A stretch of DNA of 64,000 nucleotides. It comes from Vulcanimicrobiota bacterium. Its GTDB lineage: Bacteria > Vulcanimicrobiota > Vulcanimicrobiia > Eremiobacterales > Eremiobacteraceae. Positions 29,080 through 39,645 of this stretch are shown here, in pieces. Position numbers and translations under genes: made by a program. The DNA lies in the NCBI GenBank assembly GCA_963812135.1, contig CAWETU010000001.1:864001-928000 (forward strand), in the 5' to 3' direction. The notes beneath the pieces were generated by a model. That model saw nothing but the letters and a program-made list of their open reading frames with translations. It was not told the origin of the DNA and did no database searches. The stretch's first letter is position 1. Each line of letters begins with the position of its first letter.

Positions 29080-29625
29080 TCATTCGGTTTCGGGCTGTCG
29101 ACGTACGCCTGTCTCCGGCGCGACGATCTCGCTTAGCCTATAGGTTGAGAACGCTTTGGGCTTAATGCCCCTAGCGATAAGCGCGTCGATGAGGCGGCCA
29201 AGTTCCACCGTGTGCCAATGTCTCCGCTCCTCCCACCATTGTTGCGCGCCGGGATAGGCTATGAGGTCGCTCATCGTCCGCTCGACCCTGCCCCACGATG
29301 AGTGCCCGAGTACGCCGTCGCAATGGGAGAAATACATTCCTTCGAAATAGTTTACAAGACGGTTGAAGAACGCGCTGAACCTTAGTTTCGAGACCGGATC
29401 AAGATCAGCGAAAGATTGTAGGCCGCGAAGAAAAATTGAGCTGAGCTCTGCGCTATCGTGCAGACCTCTTGTCAGATCGCCCCATTGGACATTGAGAGCG
29501 TGAACCGCCGACTGGCGCCGTTCTGTGGTTTGCGCTCGAATCTGGATGGCTAGATATATGAGGGAAGGGATTCCGACAAACACCGCCGCCAATTGCCCGA
29601 GCGCTGCGAGCATTTCCCAGCTCAT
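29080..29625 (-). CDS. single-TM hypothetical protein, distant DUF4760-like
   Basis: MSWEMLAALGQL...LAIQIR; FEGMYF...GVL; PGAQQWW. Confidence 0.6.
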   Translation of the reverse strand: MSWEMLAALGQLAAVFVGIPSLIYLAIQIRAQTTERRQSAVHALNVQWGDLTRGLHDSAELSSIFLRGLQSFADLDPVSKLRFSAFFNRLVNYFEGMYFSHCDGVLGHSSWGRVERTMSDLIAYPGAQQWWEERRHWHTVELGRLIDALIARGIKPKAFSTYRLSEIVAPETGVRRQPETE

Positions 29626-29628
29626 AAG

Positions 29629-30222
29629 CTACTTTGTCGATCTCGGCGACGAACGATCTTTTGAGTTTGGCAACGGAAGCCATCCCTCTGCTGTTGGGTG
29701 ATCTTTCATTAACCACTTTAGACCGCCAAAACAACACACCCGTCGCTTTCCAGATCTAAGCATGTCGCAGGCTTTTTCGATCCGACCCATACGCGTTTCC
29801 GTTTGCTTAGCTGAGCTTATCCAGAGTATCCACTCCCGGCGCGCGGTTGGAGTGATATCCGCCCACGATGCACGCGCCAGGGGGGCGGCTGCAAGGGCTT
29901 TGCGCAGATCCATCGGCACCCTGATCTCCGGTTCTTCCCCGGTCCGCGTAATCTCCACCGGAACTGTGTCTACTGCATCCGCGCCCGCGCCGTCGCGCAC
30001 GGCTTTGCTAACCCGGAGGCAGTGAGATCCTTGGCCGTTTCGTTCGAGCGCGGCTCGAAAAGGGAAGCCATTGATAGTTCCCTCTACCATCGTCAAACCT
30101 CGAGATGGAAGCTTCGCACTCGCGTTCTTGGGCAGCGGCAGTGGCGTCCACCGACTTTTTTCGGTTGCCTTAGGCCGAGACAGCTTGGCACTGAAGCGAA
30201 TCGTTGCCTTGGTTTCTTGCAC
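29629..30222 (-). CDS. YdeI/OmpD-associated (DUF1905 + OmdA) protein
   Basis: LPSRGLTMVEGTING; VPMDLRKAL...ARREWILWISSAKQTETR. Confidence 0.8.
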   Translation of the reverse strand: MQETKATIRFSAKLSRPKATEKSRWTPLPLPKNASAKLPSRGLTMVEGTINGFPFRAALERNGQGSHCLRVSKAVRDGAGADAVDTVPVEITRTGEEPEIRVPMDLRKALAAAPLARASWADITPTARREWILWISSAKQTETRMGRIEKACDMLRSGKRRVCCFGGLKWLMKDHPTAEGWLPLPNSKDRSSPRSTK

Positions 30223-30268
30223 CCTAGCCAGTTTCGTATATTGGTGATACTACCCTATGAAATGCATC

Positions 30269-31048
30269 TTACTCGCCGAGGAGGTCGGCGAGAATCCACG
30301 CGATTCCGGCGATCGCAAAGGTCTCGATAGTTTCGCTCCAATTCGCCTGACTGTGGGGGTCCGAAAAAAGAATCGGCACCCACACGAGTAGCCCAAAGAT
30401 CACGAGCATCGCAGTCAGGAGGCGACTTGCAAGAAGTGCCATACGATTCGTAAGTAACGCCACGGCCGCGAGCCCGAATGCGATCGTCGTCGCGACCGCC
30501 CAAAACATCTGACTTGGCGGAAGCCACTTCGGAACAAGACTCGCGGTAGGGTCAAGATGAATCGCCTGTTCGACGGTAAAGGAAGCGACGCAGACGCCAA
30601 AAACAATGCGGGCGATCCGACCAAGTGTTTTCGGTGACCATCCCGGAGACAAACGCCCATAAACGATCGCCGGTCCGATCACGAGCGAGAACCACTCGAA
30701 GAAGTTGCCCCAGCGATCGTAGATCTGTGGTCTGGCGACGATTCTCGGCACGTACAGCAACGCGAGGACGAGATACACCGCGCCGAGGACGGCTGCGCCT
30801 ATTTTCTCAGTCCGAGGGAACTGAATCGCAACGCCGCCGAGGATCTGGGCCGCAGCTGCGATGTAGAGGAAGATAGGGCCATCGGTCGCGTTCAAAATGT
30901 GACTCAGTTGGTCCCAATCCTTGTAGTTCGGCCAGACTAGCGTCATCACGCCAAAGGCCAGGGCCGCCACTCCGAATAGGTGACGGCCGAGACTCGAACT
31001 CGTGAATGGGTTTAGTCGATGAGGAGCTGCAACCGCGAGCGCGATCAT
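30269..31048 (-). CDS. DoxX-like membrane protein
   Basis: About 8 TMs in two similar halves; LVPKWLPP...FWA. Confidence 0.65.
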   Translation of the reverse strand: MIALAVAAPHRLNPFTSSSLGRHLFGVAALAFGVMTLVWPNYKDWDQLSHILNATDGPIFLYIAAAAQILGGVAIQFPRTEKIGAAVLGAVYLVLALLYVPRIVARPQIYDRWGNFFEWFSLVIGPAIVYGRLSPGWSPKTLGRIARIVFGVCVASFTVEQAIHLDPTASLVPKWLPPSQMFWAVATTIAFGLAAVALLTNRMALLASRLLTAMLVIFGLLVWVPILFSDPHSQANWSETIETFAIAGIAWILADLLGE

Positions 31049-31060
31049 CGTGGCGCGCCG

Positions 31061-31849
31061 CTAGCCGGGTCGGTACCCGCCGCAATGCATCGGGACTTCC
31101 CAAGGCGGGGATTCGCGGATGATATTGTAGTCGAAACAATCTGAATTGGTCGGATCTTGATACGGAGCGATCGGCATTACACCGCTTACTGGATGTGGCG
31201 GCGGCGCAGTGTACGGCGCAAGCATTCTCTTGAACATTGCGGGAGTTACTCGGTAACTTTGCGCGATCTGCTCGACGATCGGGCGGTCCTGCGCCGCGAG
31301 GTTGGAGGGAACTTGCGCGAGGAAAACCAGGTTCTTATACAATCCGAGGTAATCGGGCTGAAGCGAACACATAATGCTCTCAAATTTCCAGGACTTGCCG
31401 CCAGCCGTCCAGCCTCCGAGGAGTTGAGAACACATCGGAAGCTTCATTTGCGTCACGCTCGCGATCGTCACTTGGGGTGCGGGTTGCCCTTGCTTCGCGG
31501 CCCCTTTCTGCAGGATCGTCGTGAATTTGTCGCTCAAACTCGCACTGAACGGAAGCGCGAAGGCGACTTCCCCACTGACGTTGCTTCCAGCGCTGGCATT
31601 CTTCGCAACCACGAGAACTCCAAGGTTAACCCCTTCGCCGTTTGGGCCCATCACCCAGACAAAACCGTTCGCTCCTTTTTTCAACGTCCAGCCGCTGGGA
31701 ATCCCCACCGACGCCGTCTTGTCGTCTGTCGTCACGGTTCGTAGTGTACTACTTGCAGCGATGGCCACAGACGACTGCAAAATCGCAATACTGCAGAGCG
31801 CCAACGCAGTGGCAAATACGCGCACAATGGGGCGGCTATGAGACTTCAC
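31061..31849 (-). CDS. secreted hypothetical protein
   Basis: Signal peptide; IPSGWT motif. Confidence 0.65.
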   Translation of the reverse strand: MKSHSRPIVRVFATALALCSIAILQSSVAIAASSTLRTVTTDDKTASVGIPSGWTLKKGANGFVWVMGPNGEGVNLGVLVVAKNASAGSNVSGEVAFALPFSASLSDKFTTILQKGAAKQGQPAPQVTIASVTQMKLPMCSQLLGGWTAGGKSWKFESIMCSLQPDYLGLYKNLVFLAQVPSNLAAQDRPIVEQIAQSYRVTPAMFKRMLAPYTAPPPHPVSGVMPIAPYQDPTNSDCFDYNIIRESPPWEVPMHCGGYRPG

Positions 31850-31904
31850 AATAGAATTCCCTTTCGACTTACTCGCAGGAGGACAATATCTTGTTATTCA
31901 GGCC

Positions 31905-32492
31905 CTAGGGGATTGTAGCCTTTAGATAATCCTGCTTGCTGTTAATCGTGGCGGAGCCTTCCAACATGAACGTATCGCCCGCGTCGTGTGGCGTCTTTCC
32001 GTGAAACCCAAAACGCTGCACAATAAACTTTGTCGGACAGCAGTGCGCCTGCCCTTGGAGATAGATCGGATTAACGGTGTAGAGGCGATCGTTTGCAAAG
32101 TGGGCATCGAGTCGATCGGGTTCGATTGAGTTCTTGCTAGCACCCATGGCGGTGATGATTCCGAGATTTGTGGTAAGCGGCCCATTGCCGCCGTCGCCAA
32201 CCGCAAAAACGTGGGCGTACGACGCGAAGCCATTGGTTCCACTGTAGATCATGACGAGACCAACCCATCGCCCTTGAACGACGCCTTGAACGAAGCTACC
32301 ATCTGCTGACGTAGGTGTGCTCGGAAGCGCCTCAACCCCGCACGGGGTTTTCTTCTGCGCTAACAGCTCGGGGTTCGGTGAACATGTCATATTCTTGATC
32401 TTTGAAATCGGAATTAGATCGGCTGGCGCGCGGGTCGAAAACCCGAGGAGTACAGCAATTGCCAGTACCGCGGCGCCGTAGTGAATCTTCAT
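31905..32492 (-). CDS. secreted hypothetical protein
   Basis: Signal peptide; AHCCPT motif; GGAG RBS. Confidence 0.65.
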   Translation of the reverse strand: MKIHYGAAVLAIAVLLGFSTRAPADLIPISKIKNMTCSPNPELLAQKKTPCGVEALPSTPTSADGSFVQGVVQGRWVGLVMIYSGTNGFASYAHVFAVGDGGNGPLTTNLGIITAMGASKNSIEPDRLDAHFANDRLYTVNPIYLQGQAHCCPTKFIVQRFGFHGKTPHDAGDTFMLEGSATINSKQDYLKATIP

Positions 32493-32501
32493 TCGATCTC
32501 C

Positions 32502-32948
32502 TCAGTCGTTAGATGCCGGGCAAAGCGCGCTCAGCGCTTTCACTTCGTCCGGGTTTGGCTGCGGATACCGAAACCGATACTGTAGGATATACGCGGCCGG
32601 CCCTTCGCGGAATATGAAGGCGTCGTTGTTTTGCGTTGTCTTGTCGGTTTGTGTCGCGACCCCGACCGCAACGATATGGGCTGCTTCGACTCCGCATATC
32701 GTCTGCGTGTCATGCGTGATCGTCACGCCGGGGCCGGTCAAACCTTTGATCCAATCGGCCTGCAGCACCGCGACTTTGCAATCGCAAACGTTCTTTGTTG
32801 CGGACACGGTGCTATACGTGCCGTCGGGCTCAAGCTTGCCGTAATACGCGTACATGCCTTTTGTGGCAGGGTCACCCTGCACCCAAGGGGGCGGCAAAAG
32901 CGGGCTTGGCTGAGTGGCCATGACGGCCAACATTGCGATGATCATCAT
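32502..32948 (-). CDS. secreted hypothetical protein
   Basis: Short hydrophobic leader; Cys-containing mature part. Confidence 0.6.
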   Translation of the reverse strand: MMIIAMLAVMATQPSPLLPPPWVQGDPATKGMYAYYGKLEPDGTYSTVSATKNVCDCKVAVLQADWIKGLTGPGVTITHDTQTICGVEAAHIVAVGVATQTDKTTQNNDAFIFREGPAAYILQYRFRYPQPNPDEVKALSALCPASND

Positions 32949-32987
32949 GGCCGGTAGGTTGGTAAGTAGAGTGCCGGTTACCTCGCG

Positions 32988-33656
32988 TTATGAGTAATCG
33001 TTCGAGGGATTCCAGTCGTCGCGGCCCGACGGTAGCAGATCGAACAGATTCCACACCGGGCTCAGTAGATCGATGCCGCCGAATTGTCCGAACATGAGCG
33101 CGCGCGCGACGTACGTGTTTCGGATCGCGGACCCGTCCTTCGAAAATACCAAGACCGTTTCGACCGGATCGCCGTTGATGTCTTCAGCGCCAGTGTCGCG
33201 CGCGAACGCCGGACCATCGTCGGAGAGCAATCGAATCGAATCCCAACCACGGCGCTTCGCCCACGCCCGCAGCTTCTCGACGGGCGCCCGTGTGGCCACC
33301 GCGATGTTGGCACGCTGTTCCACGTGCTTGGCAACCCCGTTCAACCCGTCGATCCACAGCGTGCACATCGGGCAGAACTCGTCGTCGTCGGCCCAATACA
33401 TGACATGGTACACGATCAGCTCGGAGCCGCGCGAAAAGAGTTCGGATAGTCGGACGCGCCGCTCGCCCTCGAAAAAGGCGTAGTCTGGAACTTCGGGCCC
33501 AGCGGGAAGCGCTCGGCGCTTGGCAGCCACGGTTGCGACCTGTTTGCGAAGCGCTTCTTCGGCGCGATAAAGCTCCTCTCGCGCGGTTTTGTACGCGTCG
33601 CTCGCGCCGGGCATAACGGGAATCGTGTCTCGCACGGAAACTGTTTGTGCCATCAT
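32988..33656 (-). CDS. DUF899 thioredoxin-like protein
   Basis: VAAKRRALP, LSELF, CPMC, WNLFDLLPSGR. Confidence 0.85.
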   Translation of the reverse strand: MMAQTVSVRDTIPVMPGASDAYKTAREELYRAEEALRKQVATVAAKRRALPAGPEVPDYAFFEGERRVRLSELFSRGSELIVYHVMYWADDDEFCPMCTLWIDGLNGVAKHVEQRANIAVATRAPVEKLRAWAKRRGWDSIRLLSDDGPAFARDTGAEDINGDPVETVLVFSKDGSAIRNTYVARALMFGQFGGIDLLSPVWNLFDLLPSGRDDWNPSNDYS

Positions 33657-33680
33657 TTGTCTCCCTATTGACGCTATATT

Positions 33681-34265
33681 TTATTTCTCGGTTTGCGCGC
33701 GAGCGATGATCTCCTCGACGATCGCCGTCTTGGCATCCGCGTAGTTCTGAACGTACTTCCAATCTTGTTGCGCCAACGCGCGCTTTGCATTCGCATACAA
33801 CTCGCGATCGGCGTCGTTCTCGCGCAACCGATCCCGAAAGATCAGCATGCGAGCGATCTCCGGACTGTTCGCCGAGAAGACATGCAGATTGATGTTGATC
33901 CGCGGGCCCTTGAACACTCGGTGCTCGTACCAATCGGGCTCGCGGATGCGCAGCACGTAGCCGGCGCCCTCGAGATCGGGTACGTATGCAGGCTCGTCCG
34001 CCGAGTTTGCGACGACCAATACCATATCAATGATCGGTTTCGCAGGCAGCCCCGGCACTGATGTCGAGCCGACGTGTTCGATAGCGAGCGCGCGCTCGCC
34101 GAGGGCGGCTCGCAGAGCATCGGCTTCGGTGAGAAAGTGTCGCGGCCAAAGCGGATCGGAGTCCGCGAGGACGATCCGCCCCTCCAACGGCTGAAGCTCG
34201 CCGATCGTGTACCCGCGGATCTGCTCTTCCGTATGACCCGATTCACCGCGACTCGTCATCGACAA
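33681..34265 (-). CDS. GrpB family protein
   Basis: IEHVGSTSVPGLPAKPIID; FRDRLR; YADAK. Confidence 0.9.
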   Translation of the reverse strand: MSMTSRGESGHTEEQIRGYTIGELQPLEGRIVLADSDPLWPRHFLTEADALRAALGERALAIEHVGSTSVPGLPAKPIIDMVLVVANSADEPAYVPDLEGAGYVLRIREPDWYEHRVFKGPRININLHVFSANSPEIARMLIFRDRLRENDADRELYANAKRALAQQDWKYVQNYADAKTAIVEEIIARAQTEK

Positions 34266-34281
34266 CGATCATATCCATTAA

Positions 34282-35340
34282 TCACGTGAGCGCGGCGGCG
34301 ATCGCCTTGCCGACATCTTCAGTGCTCGCCTGCCCGCCGATGTCACGCGTGCGCGGCCCGTTTCGCAGCACCGATTCAATCGCCTTCATGATGGCATTTG
34401 CGGCGTCGGCGTGGCCGAGATGCTCGAGCATCATCGCGCCGGACCAGATCTGTCCGATGGGATTGGCGATGTGTTTGCCGGCGATGTCCGGGGCCGAGCC
34501 ATGCACCGGTTCGAACATCGAAGGGAATTCGCGCTCCGGATTGAGGTTCGCCGATGGCGCGATGCCGATGGTGCCGGTGACCGCCGGGCCAAGATCGGAG
34601 AGGATGTCGCCGAACAGATTCGACCCGACGACGACGTCGAACCAATCGGGGTGCTGCACGAAATGCGCGGTCAAGATGTCGATGTGGTATTGATCGGTTT
34701 TCACATCGGGGTAGTGTTGCGCCATCGCCCGCACCCGCTCATCCCAATATGGCATCGTGATGGCGATGCCGTTGGATTTCGTGGCCGAGGTGAGATGTTT
34801 TTTCGGCCGGCTCTTAGCGAGCTCGTACGCGTAGCGCAAGATGCGGTCGACGCCGCGCCGTGTGAAGATCGATTCCTGCACGACGACCTCAGCATCCGTT
34901 CCATCGTTGAGGCGGCCACCGATCGAAGAGTATTCACCTTCGCTGTTCTCTCGAACGATCCAGAAATCGATATCGCCCGGCTTGCGACCCGCCAGCGGCG
35001 AGTCAATGCCCGGCATGAGCCGTACCGGACGCAAGTTGACGTATTGCTGGAAACGGCGTCGGATCGGGATCAGCAGTCCCCACAAGGAGATGTGATCGGG
35101 CACCTCCGGCGAGCCGACAGCGCCTAGGCAGATCGCGTCGTGCGCGCGGATGCGGTCGAGCCCGCCGTCAGGCATCATCTTGCCGGTCTTCGAGTATTCC
35201 TCGCAGCTCCAAGGCAGGTAGTCCCATTGGAAACCGATCCCGAATTTCGCCGCCGCCGCATCGACGACGCGAATGCCTTCGGGCACGACTTCTTTGCCGA
35301 TCCCATCGCCCGGAATCACCGCAATCCGGTACGTCTTCAT
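34282..35340 (-). CDS. ttuC: tartrate dehydrogenase / D-malate dehydrogenase (LeuB/IDH family)
   Basis: IPGDGIGKEV, PDHISLWGLL, SATKSNGI, NLFGDILSD, FEPVHGSAPDI. Confidence 0.88.
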   Translation of the reverse strand: MKTYRIAVIPGDGIGKEVVPEGIRVVDAAAAKFGIGFQWDYLPWSCEEYSKTGKMMPDGGLDRIRAHDAICLGAVGSPEVPDHISLWGLLIPIRRRFQQYVNLRPVRLMPGIDSPLAGRKPGDIDFWIVRENSEGEYSSIGGRLNDGTDAEVVVQESIFTRRGVDRILRYAYELAKSRPKKHLTSATKSNGIAITMPYWDERVRAMAQHYPDVKTDQYHIDILTAHFVQHPDWFDVVVGSNLFGDILSDLGPAVTGTIGIAPSANLNPEREFPSMFEPVHGSAPDIAGKHIANPIGQIWSGAMMLEHLGHADAANAIMKAIESVLRNGPRTRDIGGQASTEDVGKAIAAALT

Positions 35341-35349
35341 CTCGTATGC

Positions 35350-36552
35350 TTAGGTGGATCCTGCCGGTGCGGCCTGCAGGTTGCGCTCGGTGGCAATAAG
35401 CATGATCGTCACGGCGATGGCGCCCAGCGCGATCGCGCTTGCGAGAAACGACTCAGGCAACCCGATTCGATTCGCGGCAAGTCCGACCGCGAGCGCGGGC
35501 AGACTGAAACCCGCGTAGCACGCGACAAGAAATGCGGAATTGACTTCAGCCCGGTGGTCCGGGGGCGCGATTTGCAGGACGATTCTCAGGCCCGCAAGAT
35601 ACGACAGACCAAGCCCGCCACCGACGAGTAACGCAGCGACCCCGATCAAGGCGTACATGTGGGTCGGCACGGAAAGCAGCAGCGACCACATCCCGGCGCC
35701 AAGGAGCAGCATCGCGATGATGATCGCGGTCCTGTTGCGCAACGCATTGCCTGCGAGTGACGCCGACGCCGACCCTATTTGCATCAACGTGATGACGCCG
35801 GCTCCCACCATGAGATTGCGCAGGTCAAGCGTGCCGGCAAGAAAGGTGGGAACCAGCGACAGAAAGATCGCTGACGTTCCCCAGCCGATGAACGACTGGG
35901 TGGCCGCAATCGCAAACGGGCGACGGATGGCTTTGGGAACCGCGACTACCGTGCTGTGTTGGAGATCGTGAATGTGGGGGCACGACGGAACCGTCCCAAT
36001 CGCAATCGCGACGAACACCAGCAAAGCGACGTGTACGAGGTAGGGCAATAGCAACGGGTACGGGCCGTACTGCCCGATCACGCCGCCGAGTAGAGCTCCA
36101 AGCGCCGACCCGGCCGCGGTCGCGACAACGACGAGTTGCGTGGCGTGCGGGCGCTGCGCCTCCGACATCCACTCAGTGACCGCAGCGATTGCCGCGCCCA
36201 ACGACATGCCGAGAGCGAACCCTTGTAAAATACGTGCGATGATGAGCCAAACCAGACCTTCGGAGAACGCGAAGACCAGCGAGCCCAGCGCCATGAGCGC
36301 GACGCCGATGAGCATCGTGCGCCGCCGTCCGATGCGGTCGGAGATCCCACCTAGGAAAAGCAACGACGGGATCACCGACGCGGCGTACACGGCAAACACC
36401 ACGCTTATCTCTCCCGCGGTAAGCCCGAAAGTCCGTTCGTACTGTAAGTAGATCGGCGACGGCAAGATCGCGCCGGTGAGAAGGAGCGCGATCATCGTCA
36501 GCGCGATCGGGTAGCGACCGGCGGCAGGATTCGGTGCGCTCGTGGGCGTCAT
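35350..36552 (-). CDS. MFS transporter
   Basis: LPSPIY, GGISDRIGRR, about 12 TM. Confidence 0.88.
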   Translation of the reverse strand: MTPTSAPNPAAGRYPIALTMIALLLTGAILPSPIYLQYERTFGLTAGEISVVFAVYAASVIPSLLFLGGISDRIGRRRTMLIGVALMALGSLVFAFSEGLVWLIIARILQGFALGMSLGAAIAAVTEWMSEAQRPHATQLVVVATAAGSALGALLGGVIGQYGPYPLLLPYLVHVALLVFVAIAIGTVPSCPHIHDLQHSTVVAVPKAIRRPFAIAATQSFIGWGTSAIFLSLVPTFLAGTLDLRNLMVGAGVITLMQIGSASASLAGNALRNRTAIIIAMLLLGAGMWSLLLSVPTHMYALIGVAALLVGGGLGLSYLAGLRIVLQIAPPDHRAEVNSAFLVACYAGFSLPALAVGLAANRIGLPESFLASAIALGAIAVTIMLIATERNLQAAPAGST

Positions 36553-36619
36553 GCTTCGTTGCGAACCCCAAAGGCGGAAAACGTGCCTGAGTGAAACAAC
36601 TGCAGCATGCGAGACGATA

Positions 36620-37054
36620 ATGCCTACTGATTTTCGAGACGGAAAGACGTTCCCACGGCGGGGCCGAGAAGCTCTCGGGGGTTTCTTGTGGCTCGCCCGC
36701 GTGTTCGACAAAGCACGTGCGAAGGCGAGCGGAACGCAGGACGGCTACATCTACCCTTGCCCGATGGATCGCGCCATGATGCAACGCTGGGGCATCAGCC
36801 CTGGCGATTTCACCGCCGCCATCGGCGAGCACTCGAGCGACGACCAAATCCTTGCATGGATGTCCCAACGTGTCACGCCGGAACGCAAACAGTCGGCAAA
36901 CGAGTGGCTGTTGACCCAAAAAAGCGCGCTCGATCGGCACGACGCAGAAGAAGGCGTGCCCGGCGCCGTCGCACCCCCTCGGAAAGAGATTATCCTCGGC
37001 GTCGGCGCGCTAATGTTATTGGCGGCTTGGCTTGCCCGCGTACTGCATCACTAG
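36620..37054 (+). CDS. DUF5069-like protein
   Basis: LGGFLWLARVFDKARA...YIYPCPMD. Confidence 0.75.
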   Translation: MPTDFRDGKTFPRRGREALGGFLWLARVFDKARAKASGTQDGYIYPCPMDRAMMQRWGISPGDFTAAIGEHSSDDQILAWMSQRVTPERKQSANEWLLTQKSALDRHDAEEGVPGAVAPPRKEIILGVGALMLLAAWLARVLHH

Positions 37055-38955
37055 ATTTTTTGCAAAATGTATGCCTGGATCTGCTGCGCCATGGCTTGCG
37101 TATCGCGCTTCTCGCCACCGGTGGTTATCGTGATCATGCCGCCGCGCGCGTGCAAGAACCCGGCCATCTTCTGGATTGGGTAACACGTGGCCGCGTGACC
37201 GCATGGAGTACCGCCGGGAGGGTAAGGTCCAGGCATATTGTTCCACACTGAGACGTTTATTTCGGCAAAGGTGGGGTCGACGCGCGCCGTGCTATAGGTG
37301 CACGATGAGGTCGACGTGGGATTTATACGCGTCGTGTCAACCGTGTTGGGCAGATGCAAGATCGAGTTCGCTTCAGCTTGCGTGAGGAGCACACACGCGC
37401 CCGGCAGGCCGCTTGTCTGGGTGCCAGGCCCCGGGGGCGGGGGCGGGGGCGGGGGAGTCCCGCGACAGTGCTGATCGACTGAAAGTCCGATGATGCCGAC
37501 TGATGCGCCCGTATCCGCGCCAGAGATGGCGAAATAGCCCTCGCCTTTCACAGCCTTTTCGTAATGCGCCGACGGGCACTTCGGGGTGACGCATTCGTCA
37601 GACCGCGTGCAAAACGCGGTGCCCTCTAAGGCGACGCCAGCGAACTCCGATCCATCCGCGAAATGGATCCGAGCATGTGCGGAATTGGTCTGCACCACGA
37701 TGATGTCGGCTTCGAAATCCGGCCTCAGCAATACGTTTTGATACGGTCCGATCGGCGCGGGCTGAAGCTCGGTGTTGTCGCTTAACACGAAAGACAGCAA
37801 GTTGGACATGGCGGCGGTGATGCCAGGCCCGCTGCTATCCCAAACTTGCGCATTGAGCGACGGATCGCGGTACTTGGAGCGGCCATAGCTCGGGGCCCAC
37901 GCGTCTTCAAACGCGTTCGCGTTGCCGGTGATCGCGCGTTGATAGGCGTCCACACTGCCACTCGCCTGCAACATTTCGTCGAAGTGGTCCCATGGATTGA
38001 TTCCGACATAGTTGAGCTCGGAGTAGTACCCGATCGCGTCATACTTTCGGGAGAACAGCGGGGTTCGGCCGCTGTTGAAATAGGTATCCCACGACCCGAC
38101 CCCGACATCGCAATGCCCGGCGATCGTGCACCCGACCCATTCCGCCTGGCCCTCGATGAGCCACGATGGTTTGGTGCCTAATACCGCTGCTGAGCTGAAC
38201 AGCGCCATCTGGAAACAGTGGAAGACCTCGTGCGGAATCACTTCTTGCTGGATTCGAAAGGTCGATGCCTGAAGGCTCGGATTGATCCACACGATGCACG
38301 GCATCGGCCGTCCGCTGGCGTCGTACGAAAACGCGTAGGCGAGCGCGTCGAAGACGAGCGGGCCCGAGTAGGGTTGCGTAGGAAACATCTCCATCGAGTT
38401 GATGACAACCGCTGGATCATAACCAAGGTCTCGATGGAGCAGGCCGGCGATGTCGGCTCGCGCCGAGTGCACCATCGCCTCATATTGCGATTGGGTAAGC
38501 GCCGCAACAACTTCATCACTTCTGCCGCGATCGCGGACGGCGGCGCTTGCGAAGCGCATCGCATGCACTCGCGGGCGCCGCAGATACGAAAGAACTACCC
38601 TGCGCTGCGCCGGCGTGAGCTCATTCCAGTGGCCCCACATCCAGCGCAGCGCGCCGGTTCCGGATGAGATGAGGCCGCGCGGCCCCGGTGGCATCGCGAC
38701 GCCCGGCAGCGGCCCAAAAGCGAGTGAGAATGCGTCCAGCGCGACTTGCTTGCTCGGGACGCCGTCTGGTCCGATGTTCCTCATCACCGCCTCCCATGCG
38801 GAGCGCGGCTTTGGCGTCGGCTCGATTGGGACGACGATCTTTTTCAGACCAGAGTACTCGCTTGTCGCTGTCATGCCCGGCGCGTTTGCCGGTCGAGAGC
38901 AGCCTGACGTAAGAACAATCGCGATGATGGCGAGGCAAGTCAGAAACTTCAACAT
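37051..38955 (-). CDS. lipoprotein zinc metalloprotease (HEXXH)
   Basis: Lipobox TSGC, PHEVFHCFQ, WLIEGQAEW; AGGAG RBS 7 nt before ATG 38955. Confidence 0.78.
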   Translation of the reverse strand: MLKFLTCLAIIAIVLTSGCSRPANAPGMTATSEYSGLKKIVVPIEPTPKPRSAWEAVMRNIGPDGVPSKQVALDAFSLAFGPLPGVAMPPGPRGLISSGTGALRWMWGHWNELTPAQRRVVLSYLRRPRVHAMRFASAAVRDRGRSDEVVAALTQSQYEAMVHSARADIAGLLHRDLGYDPAVVINSMEMFPTQPYSGPLVFDALAYAFSYDASGRPMPCIVWINPSLQASTFRIQQEVIPHEVFHCFQMALFSSAAVLGTKPSWLIEGQAEWVGCTIAGHCDVGVGSWDTYFNSGRTPLFSRKYDAIGYYSELNYVGINPWDHFDEMLQASGSVDAYQRAITGNANAFEDAWAPSYGRSKYRDPSLNAQVWDSSGPGITAAMSNLLSFVLSDNTELQPAPIGPYQNVLLRPDFEADIIVVQTNSAHARIHFADGSEFAGVALEGTAFCTRSDECVTPKCPSAHYEKAVKGEGYFAISGADTGASVGIIGLSVDQHCRGTPPPPPPPPGPGTQTSGLPGACVLLTQAEANSILHLPNTVDTTRINPTSTSSCTYSTARVDPTFAEINVSVWNNMPGPYPPGGTPCGHAATCYPIQKMAGFLHARGGMITITTGGEKRDTQAMAQQIQAYILQKI

Positions 38956-38975
38956 TCCGTCGCTCCTATGGTCGT

Positions 38976-39632
38976 TCATACGGCTGAATCGAGTCGTTGC
39001 AGCGCGAGGCGCCACACGGTGACCTCACGCACGGCTTGACCCGCGGATAGTGCGACGATGAGCCAGCCGGTCACCAGATCGGCAACAACGATTTGGGAGC
39101 GCGCGAAAAAAGCCGCTGCCGCGAAGAAGATCACCGCAGCCACAGCACACGACGTAACGTCGACTCGCCGAAAGCCTTTTGTAAGGCGGTGCACGAACGC
39201 GCCCGGACCCCAGCACTTTCGCAATTGACTGTACTGGTGCTCGAAAGCGAACACCCCGAGCACGAAAAACACGCCGTACGCAATGAGCGTGACGACGGCC
39301 CCGTGCTCGAGCCCAAGAATCGCGCTGAATTCGCAGACACCGAAACCGAACGGGATGAATGCGTCGAACAGTTGTGAGTTCCAGTAGTACAACATGACGC
39401 CAATTTGATATTGGTTCCAAAGCAAAACGATCGTGAGCAGCAGTCCGATAGCCATGACAAGCTGTGGTGTGTGAAAGCGATGCTGGCCGATGAGGTAGTC
39501 GACCTTGAGAAAAAGAGTCGCGAGCGCGGTGCCCTGGATGATGCTGAGCAACGTCAGGTACGAGTTCGAAAATGCGTTGCGCATCCGGTCGCGGATCTGT
39601 GCGATCTCTTGCGCTTGCTCAGCTTGGATCAT
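38976..39632 (-). CDS. hypothetical membrane protein
   Basis: About 6 TM; YLTLLSIIQG. Confidence 0.65.
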   Translation of the reverse strand: MIQAEQAQEIAQIRDRMRNAFSNSYLTLLSIIQGTALATLFLKVDYLIGQHRFHTPQLVMAIGLLLTIVLLWNQYQIGVMLYYWNSQLFDAFIPFGFGVCEFSAILGLEHGAVVTLIAYGVFFVLGVFAFEHQYSQLRKCWGPGAFVHRLTKGFRRVDVTSCAVAAVIFFAAAAFFARSQIVVADLVTGWLIVALSAGQAVREVTVWRLALQRLDSAV

Positions 39633-39645
39633 GCTCGCCTCTGAC

